A stretch of 64,000 bases of DNA from Camelus ferus (lineage: Eukaryota): NCBI RefSeq assembly GCF_009834535.1, contig NC_045696.1, forward strand, positions 91,638,001-91,702,000, read 5' to 3'. Positions 50,071 through 62,859 of the stretch are shown here, in pieces (the stretch's first letter is position 1; each line of letters starts with the position of its first letter). The notes under the pieces were generated by a model. That model was given only the letters and a program-made list of their open reading frames with translations. It did no database searches and was not told the origin of the DNA. Made by a program: the position numbers and the translations under genes.

Positions 50071-50656
50071 AGGAGTCAGTCTTTTCTCTTGCCGGGGATG
50101 CTTCAGGGGCAGAGTTTGAGAAGCCGTGAATCGTGCCATTTAGGGTTGGGCAGATCTGGCTTTGGATTCTGGCCATGCTACCTTCAAGTCGTGTGGCCTT
50201 GGGCATGGATCCAAATGTCCCATTGTGATGATGTGAACAAGAGGCTGCATGTGATAACACCAGGGTCGGGACCCGGTAACTGTTGGGTTCTCAGTAGATG
50301 TTGTTCCTGTCTCCCTTTTCCCTTCGACCTTCATGTCCCTAGAGGTCATTTTGTCAGAGAGACGAGCAGCTCAGGGCCTGGAGAGGTAAGATGACTTGTC
50401 CTCAGTCACACCATGAGCTGGTACAAGGATATCGAATACAGGCCACCAGAATATCCACACCTGTGCCATGGTTCCCCTTGATGTTGTCCTTCTGGGGCTC
50501 CCCACCCACCACTATGAAAATTCTCTGCACACTGTCTCCCACAAACAGTGGCAAAGGCGAGAACTAGGAGGGCCTCTAGGCCCTGATGCTCTGCATACAG
50601 TCCAGTGAGAAGCTCTTGCTATGGAGAGGCTCTTGCACTACCCAGACAGCCTTCTT

Positions 50657-51585
50657 CTTCTTCTGTCTTCTTCTTCTTTTTTACTGACGTGTAGTCGATT
50701 CACAATGTTAGTTTTAGGTGTACAGCAAAGCGATTCAATTACACATATACATATAGATACATATTTCAGGTTCTTCTCCATTACAGTTCATTACAAGAAA
50801 TTGAATACAGTTCCCTGTGCTATACAGTAGGTCCTTGTTGTTCATCTATTTTATATATAGTAGTGTGTGTCTATTAATTCCAAACTCCTAAGCTATCCCT
50901 CCCCACTTCTTTCCCATGTGGTAACCACAGTTTGTTTTCTATGTCCATGAGTCTAAGTCTATTTCTGGGTTGTAAATAAAATGTGTATCCCCCTTTTTTC
51001 TTTAGATTCCATGTATAAGTGACATCATATGATATTTGTTTTTCTCTGTCTGACTTACTTCGCTTAATATGATATCTCTAGGTCCATCCATGTTGCTGCA
51101 AATGGCATCATTTCATTATTTTTTATGGCTGAGTAGTATTCCATTGTATAAATATACCACAACTTCTTTACCCAGTCATCTGTTGATGGATATTTAGGTT
51201 GTTTCCATGTCTTGGCTATTGTAAATAGTGCTGCTATGAACATTGGGGTGCATGTGTCTTTTCGATTAGAATCCCCTCCGGATATATGCCCAGGAGTGGG
51301 ATTACTGGATCATAGGGTAAGTCTATTTTTAGCTTTTTAATGAAACTTCATACTGTTCTCCATAGTGGCTGCACCAATTTCCATTCCCACCAACAGTGTA
51401 GGAAGGTTCCTTTTTCTACACACCCAGTCCAGCATTTATTGTTTGTAGACTTTTTATTGACGGTCATTCTGACTTGTGAAGTGATACCTCATTGTAGTTT
51501 TGACTTTCATTTCTCTTGTAATTAGCAATGTTGAGCATTTTTTTGTGTACCTGTTGACCATTTGAATGTCTTCTTTGGAGAAATA
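50657..51585 (-). mobile_element. 5'-truncated L1 (ORF2 C-terminus and 3' UTR) with 15-bp TSD
   Basis: Reverse strand encodes degenerate ORF2p C-terminal motifs (FSKEDIQM...[14 protein letters not shown]...[14 protein letters not shown]); TSD CCAGACAGCCTTCTT 50642-50656 and CCAGATAGCCTTCTT 51586-51600. Confidence 0.95.
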
Positions 51586-52379
51586 CCAGATAGCCTTCTT
51601 AACAGAGGAAATGCCTGTTGTTTTATTGTTTATGTTATTCTTTTTACAAATTCTTAACAGGTAATGGTTAGCATGAAGTAATTATTGCCTTATAAAAAGG
51701 TTATATTTTGTTTAAAAATCTTTTGCAATGTTCATTACAGGAAAAAAGGGCTTGGGCTTTTTAAAAAGGAATCAGTTGTAGAGTCAGAGGACTGATCAAG
51801 GTTCTAACAACTGCGGAGGCCTGTCCTGCAGGAACACAGCCTGGTCCCTGGTAATAAGCCATTGATAAGCAAGGGATTAAATTAGTTGGTGGTGACTAAC
51901 TCCAGATGCAAAGTGGCCTAAGTTACTTCTTCCCGATAGAGTAGGGTATTGGGGAGAAATCAGTTTGCAGATTTAGGAAGGTTGCCTACATTATGACTCA
52001 GTATCGAAAAAGATCAAGGGTTGGTGTCAAACCTGCACAGATTTTGTCCACGCCAGGAAAGCTGGACACTCTCTGGACAAAGCCACGGGTCTCCTTCCCC
52101 AAAGCACACCAGGCACACCTCTCCACGGTGTTGCAGTGGTTTCAGGATTCCTCTTCCACTCACTCTTAGGTCCCCAACCCAGGTTAAGAGCCATCACCCT
52201 CTCCCTTATTGGCCCCCTAAGAAAAAAGCTAAGTGCTAAGTTAAAGGGGCAGTTATGACTTTTCTATTTAATGACTACAGCTGACTTGGGAAAAAATGCT
52301 GTGGCTTAGAGTGAAGAATAATTATTGGTACAGCAGTCTTGGTGGGAGAAACTGAAAACCAAGTTACTGAGGTAACAGA

Positions 52380-52600
52380 ACAGTGGAGTCGGGAAGCCCT
52401 GGCTGGGTTGCAGGCTGTCAGTGTGCGGTTTCCAGGGCTTCGAATCATGGCTGTGCCTCTTTCAGCCTCAGTTTCCCTGTTTGCACCCGTGGAGGTAACA
52501 ACACCCACCTCACAGCTGCCTCTTCAGCAGTGAATGGTATGATATCCTCAGTCTCAACGCGCTATGTAAACGGTCATATGAATAGAAGGTGATATTAATA
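52380..52600 (+). mobile_element. MIR SINE
   Basis: 'cctcttcagcctcagtttccctgtttgcacccgtggaggtaacaacacccacctcacag'. Confidence 0.6.
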
Positions 52601-52769
52601 TAGAAAATAAACTTAGTGGCTGAAATACCTAACATATTTTTTAGAACTTTGTTCTGCATTTTGAACATTTTAATATATTCTAATAAAAATTATATTTCAT
52701 GAAAAAAAAAACAATGGGACCTGTTCAATCCCATGTTTGAGTTTTTATATCTCACAAAAAGCCTAAATC

Positions 52770-52985
52770 TAGAAGTTGCAAACCAGCCCACAAATGTGTT
52801 ATTTTGCTTGCAGAGTGTTAACCAAGCTTTGTCTGGTCTGTTTTTTAATCAATTGCCAACATTTCAAACGAGAAGGTTTCCTATAGAAAACGAAACTTCC
52901 TATAGAAAACGAAAACAAAAACCTAGATTTCAGCTTCTCTTGGGGAAATGGAAGCTGAATTCCTGGCACAGCTGGCTGAGATTTC
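52770..52985 (+). mobile_element. MER103C-like DNA transposon with an internal 19-bp tandem duplication
   Basis: 'gttgcaaaccagcccacaaatgtg...aattgccaacatttcaaa...gatttcagcttctcttg'; TTCCTATAGAAAACGAAA twice within 52878-52914. Confidence 0.6.
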
Positions 52986-54826
52986 CCAAGGCCCACTGCT
53001 CCCCACCCTGTGTTGTTACCTCAGGCCATCCATACCGAAGGCACCCCCATCTCCCTGGTGTCACTTTCCCAGCAAGAGGCCTAGAGTTTCAAAAAACAAC
53101 TTCCTTGCAAAATCAAACTCGTAAGGAGACAGCAAGTGCTTGAAGGATGCTCACACAGAGGATGTCTCATCTCTTACCCTCAGCTGGGTCTACAGGGACC
53201 AGGTGTGGGTGAGTGTGGTTGGTGTGGACACCATTTCTTTCTTGTAAAATGAGCACAGGATCCCTGTGAGGATTTAATTAGATGACATATATAAGCACCT
53301 TGCAAGAATCAACACTTGGTAAACGGTAGCTCTGAGCAGGCCACTCAGGGCATCACAAAGATTCTGACGAGTAATCCACAGTTCAGACTCCAGAGATGAT
53401 GGCCACAGTCAGGCATGAGGTCCCTATAGCAACCAAGCACCTCTGAGGATCAGGCTGAGGAAGAAGATGCTCCCTGAGTCCTGAGACCACAGTTTCTGAG
53501 AACCAGGATTCAGGCCCCTGGACTTGCACAAGAAGATCTGGAACCCAAGGTGGACACAGACCCTTGGTGTAACACAGATGCCCTTGGCCTTCAGTGTCAC
53601 CAGGAGTGTTAGAAAGCTTGGGAAGTGGGAAGAGCCCCACACAGCAGATTTGACGTGTACCTGCTTCTGCTCCAAAGAAACTTTAACCAGTGTCAGCCTG
53701 CTGTGTGTGCCCCGAGCGCTCACTTCCAGTGTAACACACAACTAACTCCTGCAGAGAGCCAGTGGCCAGGAGCCTGAAAACCCACGGGACAGCCTGGGCT
53801 TCTTCTGGGTGGGAGGGAGGCGGCTACCCTGACCCTGCCTGGCGTTATCTTGGAAGGTACGGCCAGTCCCTAGAAGCCATACCCAGGAATGAGCTCACCA
53901 CTTTCTTCTCCCTGCCTGTGGATTCCACCCAAGCCTGTTTTATAGGAAGTTGACTTTCATCTGAGCAGAAGGGGACCATCCCTGGGTTGAGTAAAAGATG
54001 AATAAATGATTAGTGGCTGCCATTAACGGATCTTGCAAAGCATTTATGTTGTCTCACAAAAAGGATCTGGTTTTTACATATCTGTCTTTTTAGTTCATTT
54101 GTGGCAGGTAGAAGGCTGCCAAAGTCATTTAATGATGCCAAGGGTAAGGCTCACTTTAGGAAATGGGGTAGCCAAGGATTTGGGGTTTCCCCACACTGTT
54201 TCCTCCTTCATCTTATGACCTGAGAGAGGCAACTCTGAGTCACACACACCGAGTGGCCTCGTATTAAGGAAATAATCCATTTGCTTATGATAAACTGGGG
54301 AGGTCCCTTAGAAAGAAAACCAGGGCTTTTTTCTGAGTGGGTCCTGCCCTGGAGTGGGGCAAATGATACAACAATGAGCCCAATGTTGGGGATGCTGAAG
54401 TAAAAAGGGGTGCATTTTTGACAGGAAAACACAAGGTCATCTCAGTTCATCCTGTAATCAGGGCAGAGCTTCTGAACCAGGGTGGGAGGGTTCCCGGGAA
54501 GCCTGGATTCAGGGAAGTCTGGGCTGGAGCGCTTCTCAGTAGCCATAGGCACGCAGGATCCCTGGGGAGACCCAATGCCCCCACCCGAGGGAAGCTGTCC
54601 TCTCTGCTGAAAGCCTGAATTTCCTAAAATGGCTCCAGGGTCCAAGGAACCCCTGGACAGACAGTCTCTCCAGACACACGTTTGCTGCTGACTGTTAATA
54701 ATTTCAACTGTTCCCCACATCTGCTTCTAGGAGATCTCATGGCTCTGTTCCCTCAACTGGTAGAGATGAGGACCCCCACCTCGATAAATTGTGAGCTTGC
54801 TAGCTCCTTATTGACCTTTAGGCCTG

Positions 54827-54829
<3 letters not shown>

Positions 54830-54889
<60 letters not shown>

Positions 54890-54892
54890 ACA
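54830..54892. repeat. Compound (TC)n(AC)n microsatellite
   Basis: Long tc run immediately followed by a ca run. Confidence 0.95.
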
Positions 54893-55957
54893 TGCCATTG
54901 AGATTATCCCCTTGATCTCTGGGCCATCAATTCTGGGCAAAACCATTTGAACAATGGTTACTCCCCCAGATCTGAAGGACTGCACCCCCTAGTCAATGCA
55001 TCCAATAAAACATCCTGCCATTCAGTACAGGCTTGTTCTCTGCCTGAAATGTGCAGAAACATAATGGTCTCAAGTGTGAAATGGTAATGACCAGGGCTTG
55101 TCTGCAGACTGGATATAACTGAACCTGAGTGTTTCTTGAGGTTTCTTCCATTCCTAGAAACTCCCGATTCTGAGATCCTTCCAAATATTCCAAGTGACTT
55201 TCTAAAAGCACATTGGGCCTCACAAAAAATTACTAATGACTGAACCAAATAGAGAATCTTATTTAGTTCTGGCCGCAGAAGGAACTGTATGATTTACATT
55301 TTAGACAAAAACTCTTTCCCCTATAAATACTGCATAAAAATGGCAAGAGTCTTGACTGAATATTAATGTTACCATAGCAAGCCAAGGGGAACCTATGGAA
55401 ATCTGAAACAGAAATATGTGGCCTGTTAGTCCAAAAAAGGTAAATGCAACAAAGAAACAAGTTGGCCTCATCTTCCATCCTGAAGCACCACGGAGCCCAT
55501 GCTGGCCACCAGCACAGCCCTCTGGTCCTCTCCCACCAGGCAGGGTCCTGTCTTTGCTCAGATCTTCCGAAGGCTTTGGAGCTTACCATCCCACTTGGCA
55601 CGGGCAGAGGTTTTCCCGTTGGTAAAATCCCCACAGTATCAACTCTCTTTTCAGAGGACACTTTGAAGCCCACCTGTCTTCCCCACCAGCGGGAGTTCAT
55701 CAGCCCCGCATGTGCTGGGCCAACTCTCACCACCTCATCCTAACATCGTGGAGGCATCTGTCTCCACTGCTGGAATTAAGCTTCTGGAAGGCAGAGACAC
55801 TCTTCTATCTGTGGGCCCTGACCCAAGTAGGCACATTTGATACATTTTATGAAGTCTGCTTGAATTGAAGAAGGATAGCAATTCCTCCGCTCCAGATGTG
55901 TGCCGAAACTTCAGACTACTTGGAATGTCTTACAAGAGTGGGGGTGACTTGCATCAT

Positions 55958-56174
55958 CAGGATTTCTCAGCTTCGCTACTAGCGACATTTGGGCCGGATC
56001 ATTCTTTGTGGTGGGCGCTGCCCTGTGTATTGTAGGATGTTTAGCAGCGTCCCTGGCCTCTACCCACTGGATGCCAGTAGCACTCCCCTCCTCCCAAGTA
56101 GTGACGACCAAAAACATCTGCAGACATTGCCAATGTCCCCTGGAGGCAGAAAGGGCCCTGGTTTAGAACCACTG
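55958..56174 (+). mobile_element. Near full-length MER20
   Basis: 'caggatttctcagc...gacatttgggccggatcattctttgtggtggg...tgtaggatgtttagcagcgtccctggcctctacccactggatgccagtagc...cagacattgcca...tttagaaccactg'. Confidence 0.92.
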
Positions 56175-56899
56175 ATGTAGGTGATTCCTGAAGGAGGCTT
56201 GAGAGGACGTATCAGACACCTTGCCCGACAAGGATCCTACATGGACTTGCTCCTTACTCCTATAATCATCATTGTTATAATACATCAGCAGAAGGCTGCT
56301 ATTTATACCTTCTGGCCAAATATTTCACCCTGACAGGCTGTCACAGCACTAGCCAAACATTGGAATTTTCTTTTCTTTTTTTTTGGAATTTTCTTAAATG
56401 GGTTGGGGAAAGAGAGAACCGGGTGAGAGCTCATCCCCTGTGAAATATGAATATCCTTTTTGGAGACGTTGTTGTCTTGGAGACAGCACAAGAGCTACTA
56501 GGAGGTGCCTGGGGTCATGCCAGGGAGACTGAAATGGCAAAAAAGAACAACAAAAGCTTTAATGAGGGCCATGGTTTTTTTTTTTTTCTTACCAGGTTGT
56601 GAGGAACCAACACTGCTTAATCAATTGACACATACAACTCAAGGAAGGTGCACACCTATCTTGACATAGGCCCCAGCGCTGTGGGTATAGATAGATGGTT
56701 TAAATATTTTTGGTGCAAGGAGATAACCCCCACATGTCATCCACTGGCCTCCGGGGGCTGAAGCCATCCATCAGCCAAGCAGTGACCACAGGCAAGCGCA
56801 GTTGTGATGAACTGCATTTGCCCAAACATGGAAAATGCTACTGGAACAAACCACCACCTTTGCTTTTCTTCGAAGCTCTGACACTCTGTCATGTCAGGG

Positions 56900-57150
56900 A
56901 GCCGAGTCCGAGTGATGCCCCAGCAGCCAGGATGGACTCACAGTCCGGGACCCGGGAGAGCTGCGGGACTATCTTCCTCCTCGCCGAGGCGGTGGCGATT
57001 GGTTTGAGAGGCAGAGACTGAGGCATTGCGCATTCCTGGCCGCGCAGGGATTTGCATTTCACCGAGCGGGCACTGACGGCGGAAACTGGAGCTGTTACGT
57101 AAGGCGCTGGCTCGTTGCCCTTCCACACAAGCCTCCTTCCTCATCACAGC
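56900..57150. promoter_or_regulatory. Small CpG-rich promoter-like element
   Basis: Inverted CCAAT (ATTGG 56998-57002); C/EBP-like ATTGCGCATT 57025-57034; octamer ATTTGCAT 57050-57057; ETS CGGAAA; TTACGTAA 57095-57102. Confidence 0.6.
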
Positions 57151-60100
57151 GTTCACCTGCCTGGAGTGGGGGTGGGCTGAGGCCTGTGGAGTTGTGGGGT
57201 TGGGTGGGGAAAGGCCTAAGGTTTGGTGCAGCACATCTCAATACAGCTGCTGAACGGAGGTCTGCCTGCAGGAGTGATAACACCTGGCCTCTCTCACCTT
57301 TGATTTCTGTTGGCTGCATTCAGATTTGGGTAGCCAGCTAGAGGCCACAAATGAGAAAAATCAAAGATCCCTGGCAACAACAGGTTCTGGTACTTCTCTC
57401 TGGCACCAGGAGAGAAGCTCTCTGATGTCCTTGCAAGAGACGCAGTAGGGCTTGGCCACGCACTGTTGCACCAGGAACCAAATATGGTAACAAGGACAAG
57501 AATGACAAGAGTTACAGTTTCTGCTCTGACGCACAGGTGCTGACAGAAGACTCTGCATGTCTAAGGACAGATCTGCAAAAAAAGTATCGAAGGGAATGTG
57601 GATCCTGGGCAAGGAACTGCAGCAATTTGCCAGTCAGAGCAGCCTGGAGGCGTCTCTCTCCAACCTCAGTTTCCCCATGGATAAGTTGGGAGCAATGTCT
57701 GTGGCAGGTGCCTTGCAGCCCAGTTGGAAGAGCCAGCTTAAACAGTGGCTCTTAGCTTGCAGCCAATGGCTGGACAGTTTCGGGGGGCCACTGAGCCCTG
57801 AAATCAACATTAGCATTTTGTCTGGGTGTTTATGCACATCTTCCTTGGGAGAGGGTGGTCTCTTTCCCTATTTTCTCAAAGAACATACATTAGTTATTCT
57901 CAAAAGAATAAGAATCATTGGGTTAGATCATGTGTGAAAGTGGTGTGTAATCCATAAGCACCCCCACATTAACCTGTTATCAGCAAAGACTTTTGAGGAG
58001 AAAGGGGCCCAGAACAGCACTTCCTACGTGCGTCGGCCACACAAGATCAGGAAAACACGGTTCCTGGCCTCCTGGAGCATATGACAGACTTTGAGCATGA
58101 GATCAACACAGAACAAAAACTGGAAAGAAAACAACAACGTGCTTAGAAGTCAGAGGAATGTATGCACCCCTTAAATTCCGAAACATGGGTGGGGGAATGG
58201 ACTACTTGCGGTGGGGTTAGAGGAGGCAGGTGGCCCGGGAGAGTGCAGATGAGGCTGGACACCCCTGGATGCGGGGACCCTCCGACCCGGGCTGAGGGTC
58301 ACACAGGAAGAGGAGGCTGCGAGCGTGAGCCAGTTTCGGGATGATAGTTGGTCCTAGGTGGCCCTACAGACACCTGGCCCACTATCGGTCCCTCAGCCCT
58401 GCCCCCCCCCCCGAGCTCAGGCCCCCCCCTCCCCAGAGCAGCCCTGGGGGAGAGCAGAGCTGTCAGGACAGTCTCTTCCTTGGGAATGCAGCTGGGTGAC
58501 TCACACGTTCCAGGCAAGGGAGCGCTGCACGTCTAGACTTCATTCTTGCTGTGATGAGTCCAGGCTGCCTCCGCACAGCTAGTGTAGTCCCTCTGGTCGG
58601 GCCTCATGGGATCACACCCAGCACAGTTAGAAGACAAAGCACTGGAAAGTGGGAGGAAAACATTGGAAACTATTTGCTATTTCAGAAAAAGAATATTGAA
58701 GTGTTCATCATGGGAAAAATCAGAACGTTAATGTCTTTCCACACTGTATGGCCTGGCAGTTTCTAAAGCCTGCATGTGGTGGGGCTGCTGGAACCCTCCC
58801 TGTGCAGGGGGCTCCCCCGTCCCGCATGGACCCTGGCCTCACTGCCGGGCAAGGCCACCCTCTCCAGCTCAGCAAGGGGCCTGGAGCAAATGGCCATCTC
58901 CCCACTCCCCTCCGAGGCCCTGGAAGGGCTTTTCCAGGGAAGTCTTGGGATCTTGCCACAGCCCTGCAGATGTAAAGATCCTGTAGTTTTTTCTAGAATG
59001 TGCTATCAAAGGCGGAAGTTGATTCTGGCGACCAGTTCAGGACCCTTCTCCCCAACTAGTGCCCCAACACCCACTTCCCAAGGGAGCAGTTAATTACCTA
59101 CAGTCCTGATCACCAGAGGGAATATCTTAATCAGCTGGATCAGCAGCACCCCACAGTGATTCCCCTAATGAGAGGAGTGATGGGACTCTGAGACCTGGGC
59201 TGCTGTCCTCTTTCCAGAAAGAGTGGAGTCTGCCATTCGCTGACCACCCTCCTGACCCCAGTGTACCTCTTTATGACACACCCCCATCCTAGGAACACCT
59301 CCTTGACACCGTGACTTTTTATGTCCTCCAAATACAGTGAGGCTTTATCACCTTGCTTCTGTCCCTGAGATTGACCTACCCCCTTTTCATTCTGTCACTG
59401 CTTGGCTGAATGATGGGGTATCTGAGGTGGGAACCTGGTCTCTACTTCCTGTTCCCAAGGACCAGATGCACCTTCAGGGCTGATGACCTTGTTCGTCCCC
59501 TGGGATGAGGAGTAACTCCCATCAGCAAGCAGGGAAAGACAAGGCTGGGAGGTACTGCCCTAAGGGGAAGAGCCAGCCTCCTAAAGTTACTCCGTGTCCT
59601 GATCCCTGTTCAGTATACCCCCAACAAAGCCAGGCGAAGACATCTTCCGGCTCCTCTCTTCTGCATCAGCTCACCAGGCGGAGGAGGGGACTCCAGCCAG
59701 GTAGAAGGCAGCGTGTGGGGCCTGGCTTTGGCCCTCTGTCAAAACTCCTTCCAGTCCACTTGTTCCCTGGTTGCTTTTAATCAGTCAAAGGCCAGTGTTC
59801 CAGATGAGATAGAAGAGGCGAGGGGAAGAGGCTAAAACTCAGTTCAAGTTAAAGCAGGATTATTCATTTCAATTATTTGTTCATACCGATTTTCAGAATG
59901 GTGCTTCATACATTATGGCTCATATTTAGAATTTCTAATTCCTCTCTCCCCACAGCCTGACGGTCTCTGGGTCTCTTTTCATTTCCACAGAATCCTACTT
60001 TGGTGGGGTGTGGCAGGGTAGGGAGGCGGGGGCTCAGTGTGGTAAGTGACTCTGGGCTCAGAGATGAACCACGGTTAAGCATTAGTGTATTTCCTTTGCT

Positions 60101-60179
60101 AGGGAACGTGGAACGGCAGATTGTTTTTTGGTTTGGGTGGCTCTGCCCTGATTCACCTCTGGGAATTACTTCTTCCACA

Positions 60180-60562
60180 TATGGGAAGCTGTTAGTTGAG
60201 GTGCCTGCCTGTCCCTGGCCAAGGTCAGGCACTCGAATCTTTTGAGGTCAGTCAGATCTGCCTTCCCTGGAATCTGAAATTGGAGCAAAGTCATTGCAAG
60301 ACAGAAACCAGCTGGAGCTCATTCCTTTTCACAGCAGTGTACCCAGGGGACCCTGGTGAGGGGTCCTGTGTCTTAGACCCTCCATTTGATGCTACTTTCT
60401 GCCTGTGAAGTTCCTCAGTTCCTGTCCATTTTGTCCTGGTTTCTGAGCCTGGTTTGCTAGCCATTGAGACATCAGCTGTTTTTTCCAGTAAATTCCCTTT
60501 TGGTTTAGATTAGCCAGGACTGGTTTCTGTTGCTTACCACCCAAGGAATCTCAGCTCATACC
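60180..60562 (+). mobile_element. Old MaLR LTR (MLT1J/K/L-like), 5' bound uncertain
   Basis: 3' end 'aaattcccttttggtttagattagccaggactggtttctgttgcttaccacccaaggaatctcagctcatac'. Confidence 0.6.
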
Positions 60563-61029
60563 CGCAATGAGCCTGGGTTTCTAAGTCCCTTAAGTCATTC
60601 TTGGTCTCAGAATGTTGCCCCAAAGCTGTGCTAGAAGCCAATGAAGTCTTTTCATTGACACAGACTCTTTAGTAGTCATTTCCTAGAATCCAGCTCTTAG
60701 TTGCCAAGGACATGCTGGTTATTTGTAGACTGTGGTTTATAACCTGCCTTTTGGTTTCTTTCAGTATTCTTTTGTTCAAGTCAGACGGCGGCAAATCTCT
60801 CTGCCCCGTACCTTGGGAACAGACTTGATTCCCACATGTTCTGCTGTATGATGCTCCTCAAACACACGCTAGGGATATGCAGATTGGAAAGCATTTTTGC
60901 AAACCAAATTGCAAAGCCATAACCAAGAGGTTTTTAAATATTCTTTCTTTCTGAACTAGTAATGCAACTAATTGAGGACTTGATTTTTAAAAAATTGTCA
61001 GAGAAGCAGAAAGATGAGTAAGCATATTT

Positions 61030-61500
61030 ATTATATTATTATTTTATAGTAATGAAAAACTCAGAAACAACTTAAATATCCAGGGAAATAAACAATGGTC
61101 TAGTCATAGGATGATATGTGATATACCCATTCAAAAATCACAGTTTTGTAGAATATTTAATACTGCGAGGAAAATTCTCATACTATCTTGTGTACCAGGG
61201 GGTAAGTAAACTAGCACACAAAACTATGTACAGAGTAATCTCAATTTGTTTTATTCAAATTGGGAAGGACTGCACCAACATATGAGCAGTGGTTATCTCT
61301 TTATGGTTTAGTTGGAAATCCTCTGAGGGTAGGAACTATGTCTCACTTAAAGTGATAGCTCTAATTCCTAGCTCAGGTCCAGTCATATAGCTTGCCTGGT
61401 GAAGCAGTGAGGGAGTTTCTTTATATTTTTCCATGGTTTTCTTTCTTTTTAAGTAATGAATGTACATTTTATGTAAAATTAGAAAAAAATATTTTAGCCA
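61030..61500 (+). mobile_element. Old L1 (L1MC/ME-like) 3' fragment
   Basis: 'atagtaatgaaaaactcagaaacaacttaaatatcc...agcagtggttatctct...taatgaatgtacatttt'. Confidence 0.55.
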
Positions 61501-61554
61501 ATAAAACTTCAGTGTATAGTGTTTACTGAAATCCTATTCATGCTTCAAGGTCCT

Positions 61555-62081
61555 TGTGTCAGTTTTAAAACATGGTGACAAATATTTGATTGCTCCTTCT
61601 GTAGAGAGGTGGGGTCTGTGTCCCCTCCCTTTACACGGGACTGCTTGGGCAAATGAGCATAGTGGAAATGAGGCTCTGTGACTTCTGAGGCTAAGTCATA
61701 AAAAACCTTGCAGTTTCCCCCTTGTTCACTGAGCGTCCTTGATATTGACGCTCTGAAATGCAGTGTAAGAGCTTGACCATTCTGAGGCTGCCATGCTGGA
61801 CAGGCCATCTGGGGGCACTCTGGTTGGCATTTCAGCTGAGCCTGTCCTTCATCCTACGCACCAAGCACATGAGTGAAGACTTGGAAGTGAATGCTTCCAG
61901 CCCCCTGGTATCTGAGTCACTTCTAGGCAACTGAGGTCCAGTCACTATGGAGCAGAGACAGGCTGTCCACATAGTGTCTCATCCAAATCCCTGACCCACA
62001 GACTCCCTGAGCATGATAAAATGGTGATTGTTTTATGCCACTAAGTTTGGAGTGATTCAGGCAGCAGTAAATGCCAAAACA
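61555..62081 (+). mobile_element. Solo MaLR LTR, MLT1G/H-like
   Basis: 'acaaatatttgattgctcct...gagaggtggggtctgtgtcccctccc...gtgacttctgaggctaagtcataaaa...cctgacccacaga...ttgttttatgccactaagtttggagtg'. Confidence 0.85.
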
Positions 62082-62489
62082 GCTCTCCTCAAACTTATCC
62101 CTTTGTGAAGCCTTCCCCTGTCTTTCCCGTCCTTCCCATAATCCCAAATCCTATATTAAAATTAGTCATTCTTGTTTCCCAAAGCCCTTCTCTATACCTG
62201 TATCAGAGTACTGACTCATTGAGGCTTTTTCCAGATGATGAGTTCCTTAAGGGAAGCAACTCTGTGAGTCACTTTTGCATCCTCAGGGCAGTGTCTAGCA
62301 CACTGAATCTAATTAATGGTCCTTCTATTCCTTTTTCTGTTAGTATAATGCACAAGAGAGATGGGAATTGACAGAGAAGACAAATTTGGTGCCTACGTCA
62401 GGTTTTCATGGAGTTCTGGCTACCTCCACGCTTCTGGGCTGCAACTCAATATTGCAGCGGGATGGCGTTATGCCTGGAAACCATCCCAA

Positions 62490-62859
62490 TTCTTAGTTTG
62501 CTTAGGCTGCCATAACAACTGGGTGGCTTAAATCACAGAAACTTATTTTCTCACAGTTCTGGAGGTTGAAAGTCCAAGATCAAGGTGTTGGTAGGTTTGG
62601 TTTCTCCCAAGGCCCCCCCCCCTTGGCTTGCAGATGGCAAATCCCACTGTGTCCTCACATGGTCTTCCCTCTGTGCACGCACATCCCTGGTGTCTCTCCT
62701 TCTTATAAGGATACAGTCCTATTGAATTAGGGTCCTACTCTTATGACCTCATTTAACTTTACGTATTTAAAGGCTCTATCTCCATATCCTGTCATAGTAG
62801 GAACTGGAGCTTCAACATGTAAATTTAGGGGTGGAGGGAACACAATTCAGTCCATAACA
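62490..62859 (-). mobile_element. Solo MaLR LTR, MLT1A/B-like
   Basis: 'ggctgccataacaactgggtggcttaaa...ctcacagttctggagg...aagtccaagatcaaggtg...cttatgacctcatttaac...cacaattcagtccataaca'. Confidence 0.9.

Noticed and set aside
52878..52914. Resemblance of TTCCTATAGAAA to an FRT site
   Set aside because: It is a 19-bp slippage duplication inside a MER103-like element and lacks the inverted 13-bp arms and 8-bp spacer.
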